Part shown: positions 54,878 to 64,000 of the stretch, piece after piece
How the letters are laid out: each line of letters begins with the position of its first letter
Numbering within the stretch: the first letter of the stretch is position 1
From: an uncultured Acidimicrobiaceae bacterium
Lineage (GTDB): Bacteria; Actinomycetota; Acidimicrobiia; Acidimicrobiales; Bog-793
DNA: 64,000 bases
Direction of reading: 5' to 3'
NCBI GenBank assembly: GCA_963801185.1
Contig: CAWDDW010000003.1
Span: 1,788,353 to 1,852,352 of the forward strand
Notes under the pieces: generated by a model
Told to the model about the DNA's origin: nothing
Databases searched by the model: none
The model's input: the letters and a program-made list of their open reading frames with translations, nothing else
Translations under genes and position numbers: made by a program

Positions 54878-57800
54878 ATGACTGTCATGCGAGGACGAGT
54901 GCGGATCGGGTTGGCCATGGTGATCGGAGGGGGCGGCCTCGCCCTCGGTGTCTTCACTCTTTGGATCTTGGGCTCTGCCAGCCCGGCGCAGGCCGACTCG
55001 GCCTGCACGATCAACTGGGTTGGTCCGAGCACCGGTGGTCCTTGGGCGACCGCGAGCAACTGGAGCACGGGACAGACGCCCGGCACTGGCGACGTCGTGT
55101 GCATCTCAGGAGTGACCGGGACCGTGACCTTCGATGGGTCGGGCGACACGTCGACGACCTTGATCTCCGAGCTGCGCAGCTCGGCTCCGCTCGCGATCAC
55201 GGGGGGCGAGCTCGGGCTGACGGACGCTGCGGCCACTGGCAACACCGTCGCCGGCTTCTCGATGTCGGGCGGCCAGCTCGGTGACACCACCAACGCGCAG
55301 GGCTCGCTCATCGACACCGGGGACTTCTCTTGGACAGCCGGGTCGTTCCACGCCCCGGCCGGCGAGAGTCCCCAGCCGACGTTCACGCAGTCCTCCTCGA
55401 CGAACGCTGCCACGATCGCCGACCCGGACTTCCTCGACAACTGGAACCTCGACCTCGGGAGCCCGCTCGGTGTCTCGGGTGTCTTCGCCTTCGAGAACGG
55501 CGGGAGCATCACTGAGTCGAACACGGTCACACTGGCCGACGACACGTTCATCAACGACGGGGGTTCGGCCGGTCCGTTCACGATCACCGGTGCCGGGACC
55601 TTGACGAAAGCAGCGACTAGCGGGACCGCCGTTGTCGGTGTCCCGGTCGCGAGCGCCGGCAGCCTCACTGTGCCCGGCGGCGCGATGCTCCTCGACGAGG
55701 GCGGCACCCTCGGCGGCTCCTTCTCCGCCGCCGCAACTGCCACCCTCGAGCCTCGAAGGCCCGGCCACGATCCCGAGCGGGACCACCGACTCGGGGGCGG
55801 GCACCTTGGACCTGAGCGGCAACATCACCGACGACGCCTCCTTGGACGTTGCCGACGTGACCGAGACGAGCGGCATCACCACCGTCGGCGCCCCTCTCGA
55901 TCTGTCCGGCACCCTCTCGCTCACGAGCGGGGAGGTCAACCTTTCGGCCACTGGCAACACCGTCGCCGGCTTCTCGATGTCGGGCGGCCAGCTCGGTGAC
56001 ACCACCAACGCGCAGGGCTCGCTCACCGACACCGGGGACTTCTCTTGGACAGCCGGGTCGTTCCACGCCCCGGCCGGCGAGAGTCCCCAGCCGACGTTCA
56101 CGCAGTCCTCCTCGACGAACGCTGCCACGATCGCCGACCCGGACTTCCTCGACAACTGGAACCTCGACCTCGGGAGCCCGCTCGGTGTCTCGGGTGTCTT
56201 CGCCTTCGAGAACGGCGGGAGCATCACTGAGTCGAACACGGTCACACTGGCCGACGACACGTTCATCAACGACGGGGGTTCGGCCGGTCCGTTCACGATC
56301 ACCGGTGCCGGGACCTTGACGAAAGCAGCGACTAGCGGGACCGCCGTTGTCGGTGTCCCGGTCGCGAGCGCCGGCAGCCTCACTGTGCCCGGCGGCGCGA
56401 TGCTCCTCGACGAGGGCGGCACCCTCGGCGGCTCCTTCTCCGCCGCCGCAACTGCCACCCTCGAAGCTCGAAGGCCCGGCCACGATCCCGAGCGGGACCA
56501 CCGACTCGGGGGCGGGCACCTTGGACCTGAGCGGCAACATCACCGACGACGCCTCCTTGGACGTTGCCGACGTGACCGAGACGAGCGGCATCACCACCGT
56601 CGGCGCCCCTCTCGATCTGTCCGGCACCCTCTCGCTCACGAGCGGGGAGGTCAACCTTTCGGCCACTGGCAACACCGTCGCCGGCTTCTCGATGTCGGGC
56701 GGCCAGCTCGGTGACACCACCAACGCGCAGGGCTCGCTCACCGACACCGGGGACTTCTCTTGGACAGCCGGGTCGTTCCACGCCCCGGCCGGCGAGAGTC
56801 CCCAGCCGACGTTCACGCAGTCCTCCTCGACGAACGCTGCCACGATCGCCGACCCGGACTTCCTCGACAACTGGAACCTCGACCTCGGGAGCCCGCTCGG
56901 TGTCTCGGGTGTCTTCGCCTTCGAGAACGGCGGGAGCATCACTGAGTCGAACACGGTCACACTGGCCGACGACACGTTCATCAACGACGGGGGTTCGGCC
57001 GGTCCGTTCACGATCACCGGTGCCGGGACCTTGACGAAAGCAGCGACTAGCGGGACCGCCGTTGTCGGTGTCCCGGTCGCGAGCGCCGGCAGCCTCACTG
57101 TGCCCGGCGGCGCGATGCTCCTCGACGAGGGCGGCACCCTCGGCGGCTCCTTCTCCGCCGCCGCAACTGCCACCCTCGAGCTCGAAGGCCCGGCCACGAT
57201 CCCGAGCGGGACCACCGACTCGGGGGCGGGCACCTTGGACCTGAGCGGCAACATCACCGACGACGCCTCCTTGGACGTTGCCGACGTGACCGAGACGAGC
57301 GGCATCACCACCGTCGGCGCCCCTCTCGATCTGTCCGGCACCCTCTCGCTCACGAGCGGGGAGGTCAACCTTTCGGCCACTGGCAACACCGTCGCCGGCT
57401 TCTCGATGTCGGGCGGCCAGCTCGGTGACACCACCAACGCGCAGGGCTCGCTCACCGACACCGGGGACTTCTCTTGGACAGCCGGGTCGTTCCACGCCCC
57501 GGCCGGCGAGAGTCCCCAGCCGACGTTCACGCAGTCCTCCTCGACGAACGCTGCCACGATCGCCGACCCGGACTTCCTCGACAACTGGAACCTCGACCTC
57601 GGGAGCCCGCTCGGTGTCTCGGGTGTCTTCGCCTTCGAGAACGGCGGGAGCATCACTGAGTCGAACACGGTCACACTGGCCGACGACACGTTCATCAACG
57701 ACGGGGGTTCGGCCGGTCCGTTCACGATCACCGGTGCCGGGACCTTGACGAAAGCAGCGACTAGCGGGACCGCCGTTGTCGGTGTCCCGGTCGCGAGCGC

Positions 57801-59245
57801 CGGCACTGTCATGGCGGGAGGCGGCGCGCTGAATCCTGAGCTCACTCACGAATACGGGGACGCTGGATCTCGCCACCGGGATCGTCAGCATCTCGTCGTC
57901 CTACTCTCCAGCAGATGGCTCCGCGCTGGCCGTGACCCTCGCCGGAACCACCGCCGGGACGACGTATGGCCAGCTGGAGGTCGCCGGCACCACCACCCTC
58001 GCGGGCTCTCTGGTCATCACGACCGCGTCCGGCTTCATCCCGACGATCGGGCAGACCTTCGCAATCACCGAGTCGGCGGTTAGCAGTACCGGCAACTTCT
58101 CGTCCGTCGTGGAGCACGACAGTCCCTCCGGGCTCGGGTACCTCGAGACGGGTACACCGTCCGGGGTGGTCCTGACGGCAACCGCAGTTGCAATTTCTCC
58201 GTCGACGCTGCCCGAGGCAACGACAGGCGAGGCCTACTCGGCCACGCTTAACGCCACCGGTGGCAACTCGCCGTACACATGGGCTCTCACTTCGGGCACC
58301 TTGCCCGCCGGGCTGTCCTTGCACACCTCGACGGGAGTGATCTCGGGCACACCCACTGCGGTGGGAACTTCGACCTTCACCGTTCGGGCGACCGACTCTT
58401 CGAGCCCGGCGCTGAGTGCTACGGCGACCTACTCCCTGAATGTCGTCAAGTTCGCCATCGCCCTCTCGTCGCTTCCCACGGCAACGGTGGGTGATGCCTA
58501 TTCGTCCACGCTCACCGTCACCGGTGGCACTTCGCCGTACTCCTGGGCTCTCACTTCGGGCACCTTGCCCGCCGGGCTGTCCTTGCACGGGTCGACAGGA
58601 GTGATCTCGGGCACGCCCACCACTGCAGGAGCCTTCAAGTTCACGGTTCGGGTGACCGACGCCGCGAGACCGGCCCTCAGCACCACCAGGACCTACACCC
58701 TGACTGTCAAGCTGGCCATCTCCCCGTCGTCGCTGTCAAACGCCACGACGGGCGAGGCCTACTCGGTCACGCTCACCGCCACCGGTGGCTCCTCGCCCTA
58801 CACGTGGGTGCTCGTCTCGGGCGGCTTGCCCGTGGGGCTGTCGTTGCACGGATCGACAGGAGTGATCTCAGGCACGCCCACCGGCACAGGTACTCGGACC
58901 TTTACCGTTCGGGCGACCGACTCGTCGAGCCCGGCCCTCAGTGCTACGGCGACCTACTCGCTGAAAGTCGTCAAGCTCGTCATCTCACCTTCGACGCTGC
59001 CCGAGGCGACGGTAGGTGACCTGTACTCGGTCACGCTCTCCGCCACCGGTGGCATCTCGCCGTACACGTGGGCTCTCACTTCGGGGAGCTTGCCGGCCGG
59101 GCTGTCACTGCACGGGTCGACGGGAGTGATCTCAGGCACGCCCAGCCACGCCGGAACGTCACGATTCACGGTTCGGTTGACGGACTCCGCCAGCCCTGCG
59201 TTCAGCGTCACGAAGACCTACTCGTTGACCTGCGCTTCAGGGTAG
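54878..59245 (+). CDS. Large secreted surface protein (about 1454 aa): passenger-like beta-rich 238-aa repeats plus four He_PIG Ig domains; +1 frameshifts at 55751, 56464 and about 57836
   Basis: Signal peptide ending AQA; WATASNWSTG; Gly/Thr/Asn-rich repeats; YGQLEVAGTTTLAGSL; four ISPSTLP...GGxSPYTW...LPAGLSL...TGVISGTPT units. Confidence 0.85.
55230..57805. repeat. 714-bp direct tandem repeat, about 3.6 copies, near-identical
   Basis: Units start at 55230, 55945, 56660 and 57374. Differences I could see: one T/C (LIDT vs LTDT) and two 1-bp insertions at the same CTCGAG. Confidence 0.95.
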
Positions 59246-59280
59246 CTGGACTTCGCGCCACACAGCGGACGTGCTCGGAG

Positions 59281-60447
59281 CTAGGTCAGCGCTGGCGACA
59301 CGTCCCCGAAGGTCTCCTCGCGGATCTCCTCGACGGAGGCATCCCCCGGTGCGAGCACTCGTAGGGCGTCGATCGGCAGCTGCACCTGTACCGGCGTGCC
59401 CGCCTCGAAGACTGAGACAGCCCCGTCGTTCTGGACGAGCGCCTGCAAGCTGACGCCTGCCGCCAGGCGGACGACGAGCTGGGTCGAGTTGCCGAGGAAG
59501 ACCGTCCGCTCCACCATGCCGGGCACGCGGTTCGAGCCGGTCTCCTCGAACGCGAACAGGGACACTCGCTCTGGCCTGATGGCGATCTTCACCGGTCCCG
59601 AAGCGGTAACGGCGCCACACGCAGCCTCGACGCTGAATTCGCCGATGGTCACCTCGCAGGGTTGTGTCGCCGACCCGGCTCGTGTCACCGCAGCGTCCAT
59701 CAGGTTCGAGACGCCGAGGAAGTCGGCCACGTAGGCGTCCGCCGGCTCCTCGTACACGACGCGAGGCGTGCCGAGCTGAGCGATGTGGCCGTTCGACATA
59801 ACCGCTAGGCGGTCCGACATCGTGAGGGCCTCTTCCTGGTCGTGGGTCACGTAGAGGAACGTGATGCCGACCCGCTCCTGCAGCGCCTTCAGCTCGAGCT
59901 GCAAGGACCGGCGCAACTTTGCGTCGAGCGCGCCGAGCGGCTCGTCGAGAAGAAGCACAGCCGGCTTCAGCACGAGCGCCCGGGCGAGCGCCACACGCTG
60001 CTGCTGGCCGCCCGAGAGCTGGCCTGGGCGGCGTCGTTCGTACCCGGTCAGCTGGACGAGCTCGAGCGCCTCGGCTACCCGCTGCTTGGCCTCGTGTTTC
60101 GAGCAGTCCTGGTACCGGAGGCCGAACGCCACGTTGTCGGCCACGTCGAGGAAAGGGAACAGCGCGTAGCTCTGGAAAACCGTGTTCACTTTGCGTTTGT
60201 TCGGCGGGAGGTGACCGACGTCTGCTCCGTCGAGGACGATCTCGCCGCTCGTCGGCTCCTCGAAACCCGCCACCATCCGCAACGTCGTCGTCTTCCCACA
60301 TCCCGACGGTCCGAGGAGGGAGAAGAACTCCCCGCCGTCGATCTCGAGTGAGATGCCGTCGACCGCAGTGTGGTCGCCGAACCGCTTCGTGAGCTGTCTC
60401 AGGGTAATGGTGCCTCCGGCCATGGTCTCTTGGGGCTCCTTGGTCAA
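59281..60447 (-). CDS. potA: Polyamine ABC transporter ATPase (start may be ATG 60423)
   Basis: [49 protein letters not shown] domain. Confidence 0.92.
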   Translation of the reverse strand: MTKEPQETMAGGTITLRQLTKRFGDHTAVDGISLEIDGGEFFSLLGPSGCGKTTTLRMVAGFEEPTSGEIVLDGADVGHLPPNKRKVNTVFQSYALFPFLDVADNVAFGLRYQDCSKHEAKQRVAEALELVQLTGYERRRPGQLSGGQQQRVALARALVLKPAVLLLDEPLGALDAKLRRSLQLELKALQERVGITFLYVTHDQEEALTMSDRLAVMSNGHIAQLGTPRVVYEEPADAYVADFLGVSNLMDAAVTRAGSATQPCEVTIGEFSVEAACGAVTASGPVKIAIRPERVSLFAFEETGSNRVPGMVERTVFLGNSTQLVVRLAAGVSLQALVQNDGAVSVFEAGTPVQVQLPIDALRVLAPGDASVEEIREETFGDVSPALT

Positions 60448-60453
60448 CTGGAT

Positions 60454-61400
60454 CTAGATTCCGGCGAAGTCGGTCAGCGCCTGAGTCGTGCTCTGGCGCT
60501 CACCCTTGGTCATGAGACGGAACGCTACGTAGCCAATCGCGGCCACGATGACGGAGAACGCCAGCATCAACGTGGCGAGCGCGTTGAGGGCCGGGCCGTT
60601 GTTGCCGCCGTGCGTTTGGGAGTAGATGAGGACGGCCATGGTCTGGGTGTTGGCCGTCGACGACAGCAGGTCGACGAGGACGAAGTCGTCGATGCAAGTC
60701 GCGAACACGAGCACGGCGCTCGCGAAGATGGCCGGCATGAGGAGCGGGCGAAGCACCCGCCAGATCGCCCTTCCCGGGAGGCACCGAGATCGGCGGCCGC
60801 CTCCTCGTAGGACTTGCCGATCGTGGTGAGGCGCGCTCTCACGATGATGGCGGGCCATGAGATGTTCCAGACGACGAGTGCCGCCACTTCGGCCGGCGTG
60901 CCGAGGGCGACGAACTTGAAGGACTGCTGGAACAAGAACAGGAGGGCCACGCCGAGCAGCAGCTCGGGGATCACGAACGAGAAGATCATGAGGAGGTTGA
61001 GGTTGTTCGAGGTGCGGCTGCGCCAGCGGTCGATGCCGATCGCGAACCCGACCCCGAGCGGGACCGTGATGATCGTGACGAGGAACGCCAGCCACAGGGT
61101 CTGGATGACCGCCGCGTGCAGGTTCGCGGCATGCAGAACCGACGGGGTCTTTGTCGACGCCGAGATGTACCACTCGAGCGAGAAGCCCTGGAAGACGCTC
61201 TGGGACTTGCCGTGGTTGAACGAGAACAAGACCGCGAGAGTGATGGGCAGGATCGACCACGCCAGGTAGACCCACGTGAAGATCTCGAGCCCGACGGGGT
61301 GGCGCCACTGCCGGTTGCGGCGGCGCCTCGGTCGGGTGACCTCGGGCGGTGTGGCCACCGCTGCTGTGACCGGGACAGGTGCTTCGGCGACGGTGGCCAT
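60454..61400 (-). CDS. potC: Polyamine ABC transporter permease; frameshift near 60775
   Basis: LPITLAVLFSFN, GFSLEWY, YEEAAADLGA, then shifted AIWRVLRPLLMPAIFAS...IDDF. Confidence 0.85.
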
Positions 61401-62350
61401 CAGGCGTTCTCCCGCGACGCTCTCGCCGTCGACCGCACGTAGTAGATCATCGGCACCATCAACACGACTAGCAGCACGATCGAGAGCGCGGCGCCTTCCG
61501 GCTCGAGGCTCGGGACGCCGAGCTGACCCTGGATCTCGTTCCCGATCATTGTCGTGCTCGGCGAGGCCGACAGGAGCTGGTTCGTGAAGAAGTCCCCGAT
61601 CATCGGCAACACGGTTATGAATGCCCCGGCGAGGAGCGTCTGGCGGCTGAGCGGGATGGTCACGTGCCAGAAGGTCTTCCATTTCGACAGGCCGAGATCC
61701 TGCGAGGCCTCGAGAAGGCGCCCGTCGATCCGGTCGAGCCCGGCGTAGAGGACGACGATGAGATAGGGGATGTAGCCGTAGACGAGGCCGAGGATGACGG
61801 TTATCGACTTGCCGCCGATCCACGCGTACGGATGGGCCGAGGACATGAGGTGAAGCGACTCGAGGATCTTGTTGACGTAGCCGTTGGTCTGAAGGAGGTC
61901 GATCCAGGCCAGCATCCGCATCATGTAGCTGATCCAGAACGGCGCCACGAGCAAGATGAGGAAGAAGCTCTTGCGCCGGCCTCCGTAGCGACTCACAAAG
62001 TAGGCGACCGGGTAGCCGATGCTGAGCGACAGGGCGGAGGCGGCGGCGGTGTACCAGATCGTGCGGATCATGGGAGGGAGGAGGAAAGCGTCGCGGCCGA
62101 CGAACTCGTGCCAGAGCTGGACGAACGTCGACCCGTTCCACTGGAAGGGGTTCCAGACTGGTATCGGCGACTGGAACAGCGGGTCGATCGTACCGAGGGC
62201 GACGCAGAGCACCACGTAGACCGGGACGAGGATGAGCACGGCCAACCAGGCCCCGCCCGGGACTGCCATCGTCCCCCAGAGCCAGCGAGGGCGCCAGGAC
62301 TCGATCCGGTTCTGCAGGGTGCGCTCGCGGTAGCGGTCGCGACCGCTCAC
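61400..62350 (-). CDS. potB: Polyamine ABC transporter permease
   Basis: IGYPVAY, PFWISYMMR, LLEASQDLG, TFWHVTIPLS. Confidence 0.9.
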   Translation of the reverse strand: MSGRDRYRERTLQNRIESWRPRWLWGTMAVPGGAWLAVLILVPVYVVLCVALGTIDPLFQSPIPVWNPFQWNGSTFVQLWHEFVGRDAFLLPPMIRTIWYTAAASALSLSIGYPVAYFVSRYGGRRKSFFLILLVAPFWISYMMRMLAWIDLLQTNGYVNKILESLHLMSSAHPYAWIGGKSITVILGLVYGYIPYLIVVLYAGLDRIDGRLLEASQDLGLSKWKTFWHVTIPLSRQTLLAGAFITVLPMIGDFFTNQLLSASPSTTMIGNEIQGQLGVPSLEPEGAALSIVLLVVLMVPMIYYVRSTARASRENA

Positions 62351-63633
62351 AGCCCGCCGCCGAATTGGGTCCAGGCGAGCTCCCAGGCGCTGTTGGCCGC
62401 CGGCGGGAGGGCGAGCTCCTCGATGCCGTTGTCGAAGTACGACGGGAGCACGACCGTCGAGGCGAGCGTCTCGGGGAGGATCTTCCGGTGGACCAGCGCG
62501 TCGGGTGTGACGCCGTAGATCGGCTGCATGTAGCCGTTGAAGCTGATGTTCGTGAAAACGACGTCCAGGTCGAGCAGGTAGTTGAGGAAGAGGTGGGCGA
62601 GCACAGGATTCTGGCTCGAGTGCGGGATCGTGATCGTGTCGTTCGCGACCGGCCCCCTGCCGTCCTCGGGGAACCAGTAGCCGACGTACTTCACCGGAAC
62701 GCCCTTCGGCATGTAGTACTCGGCTGCCGCCATGTCGCCCGACCAGGCGTGGTGGATCCACGTCTGCCCGTCGGGGATCTCGGTGTAGTCGTTGTTGTCG
62801 ATGAGGACGTCGACGAGTTCTTGAAGATCCTGCAGCTCGTGGTACGAACTCGTGATCTGGTCGAGGCTCGTCGTGTTGAGGTCGTAGATGCCCTGCTTCA
62901 TGAGACCGAGGCAGATCCCCTCGCGGTAGTCGTCGAGTATCGCGACCCGGCCGCGGTACTTCTCCTGCCATGGCATCGCCCAGGGATTCTCCATCTTGTA
63001 CGGGTCCTCGTCGACGAGGTCCTTTCGCCAGGAGATGCCGGTCGTGTAGATCGTGTACGGCACGGTGTAACGCCAGTGCCGGTCGTAGAACGGGTCGGCG
63101 TAGGCCTTCCATGCCTGCTCGATGTTGGGGATGTAGGAGTGGGTGAGGGGGCGGAGCAGCTTGGCCTCGATCAGCGGTCCGAGCACGTCGACCGTCACTC
63201 CCATGAAGACGTCGAAGTTGAGCTCGCCGGTCTGCATCTTCGCGATCGCCTCGCTCATGGTGTTGAAAGTCGTGATCTGGTAGTTGCAGTCGTACTTCTT
63301 GCAGAAGCTCTCGCACACCGCGATGTTGATGTACTCGACCCAGTTGTAGATCTGCAGGGTCGGCTTGCCCGACTCCGGAGCCAGGCCAGACTTGATCGGC
63401 TCGTTGTCGTCGAAGATCGGCCAGGTGACGGGGTTGTCGCGACGGGGTAGCGGCAGCTTGAAGGCCGAGTCGCCTGGTCTCTGACAGCCGGCGAGGAGCT
63501 CGCTGAGCGAGCCGCCGAACCCTGCTAGAGCCAGGCCTTTTGCCCCGAGGGACAGGACGTCGCGCCGGGACCAGTTCGTGGCGCCGCCTCGGCTTCGGCG
63601 ATCGCCCGAGCTCGCTGGCGTGCCGGCGCTCAT
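62347..63633 (-). CDS. potD: Polyamine ABC transporter substrate-binding lipoprotein with Tat leader
   Basis: SRRDVLSLG twin-Arg motif, LLAGC, LQIYNWVEYI, YTVPY, AWSGD, AHLFLNYLL. Confidence 0.9.
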   Translation of the reverse strand: MSAGTPASSGDRRSRGGATNWSRRDVLSLGAKGLALAGFGGSLSELLAGCQRPGDSAFKLPLPRRDNPVTWPIFDDNEPIKSGLAPESGKPTLQIYNWVEYINIAVCESFCKKYDCNYQITTFNTMSEAIAKMQTGELNFDVFMGVTVDVLGPLIEAKLLRPLTHSYIPNIEQAWKAYADPFYDRHWRYTVPYTIYTTGISWRKDLVDEDPYKMENPWAMPWQEKYRGRVAILDDYREGICLGLMKQGIYDLNTTSLDQITSSYHELQDLQELVDVLIDNNDYTEIPDGQTWIHHAWSGDMAAAEYYMPKGVPVKYVGYWFPEDGRGPVANDTITIPHSSQNPVLAHLFLNYLLDLDVVFTNISFNGYMQPIYGVTPDALVHRKILPETLASTVVLPSYFDNGIEELALPPAANSAWELAWTQFGGGL

Positions 63634-63740
63634 GGTCTTGCCGGAACCGGAGCCGATTCCGGATCGGGCGCGCCAGAGCCCTCCTCGGCCGAGCCCTCCT
63701 TGTCGAGGATGAGATGTCATCCCCGGCACCACCCCTCCCG

Positions 63741-63799
63741 GTCGACTGCTACTCGCTTGTGTGACTGCTACTTCACTGGTGTGACTGCTACTTCACTGG
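63741..63799. repeat. 20-bp tandem repeat (2 near-perfect copies plus 1 degenerate) upstream of potD
   Basis: GTCGACTGCTACTCGCTTGT GTGACTGCTACTTCACTGGT GTGACTGCTACTTCACTGG. Confidence 0.85.
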
Positions 63800-63846
63800 C
63801 ATGCGTACCGGTAGCGCTGAACCGTCGATCAATGAGTCAACTCTCT

Positions 63847-63999
63847 TCAGTTGGCGTTCGCAACCAGTGGTCGGACTGCCTGGGCGAAACGCTCGAAGTT
63901 CTCCGTGAACCGGTCGATGTCCTCCTCGTCGTGTTGCACCGAGATCATCCACTGCTCGGTCTTCCCCCATGGTGGCAGGAAGACCCCACCGTTGTGCTG
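63847..63999 (-). CDS. C-terminus of a class III (GSA-aminomutase-like) aminotransferase, truncated by the window edge
   Basis: Not in the ORF track; reads QHNGGVFLPPWGKTEQWMISVQHDEEDIDRFTENFERFAQAVRPLVANAN*. Confidence 0.65.
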   Translation of the reverse strand, partial: QHNGGVFLPPWGKTEQWMISVQHDEEDIDRFTENFERFAQAVRPLVANAN

Positions 64000-64000
64000 G

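Noticed and set aside
55106-57891. Long antisense ORFs (450-726 aa) and repeated 107/61-aa ORFs over the 714-bp repeat
   Set aside because: Shadow frames of a GC-rich repetitive coding strand with no protein-like features.

Overview
High-GC actinobacterial chromosome segment; gene content and the many secreted NHL, He_PIG-Ig, S53 and BNR proteins suggest Acidimicrobiia (inference). I found no rRNA, tRNA, CRISPR array, integrase or transposase. About 43 real CDSs are present, about 9 of them broken by single-base indels. These look like long-read errors, and 7 of about 12 fall on CTCGAG. Layout: (1) 0.2-32 kb, mixed metabolic and envelope genes (giant NHL/Ig protein, ECF sigma plus triple-VOC partner, CADD-like diiron enzyme, S53 protease, PBP, HtrA, orn, dut, WS/DGAT). 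(2) A dispersed amine/polyamine catabolic regulon (32.3-36.4, 49.2-53.9 and 59.3-64 kb) linked by a shared palindromic operator, TTGACTG-N5-TCAGT, and a BetI-type TetR. (3) Blocks of secreted-protein genes interrupting that regulon: an unannotated pair of giant genes (about 1058 aa with a Tat-like leader, and about 1370 aa with no leader) at 36.6-44.0 kb, the best candidate for an undescribed system; an ECF sigma/anti-sigma module whose promoter motif (TGTACGC-N17/18-CGTTAGA) is readable twice back-to-back and points at BNR beta-propeller genes; and a surface protein with 3.6 near-identical 714-bp repeats. All family assignments come from motif recognition by eye, not database searches.
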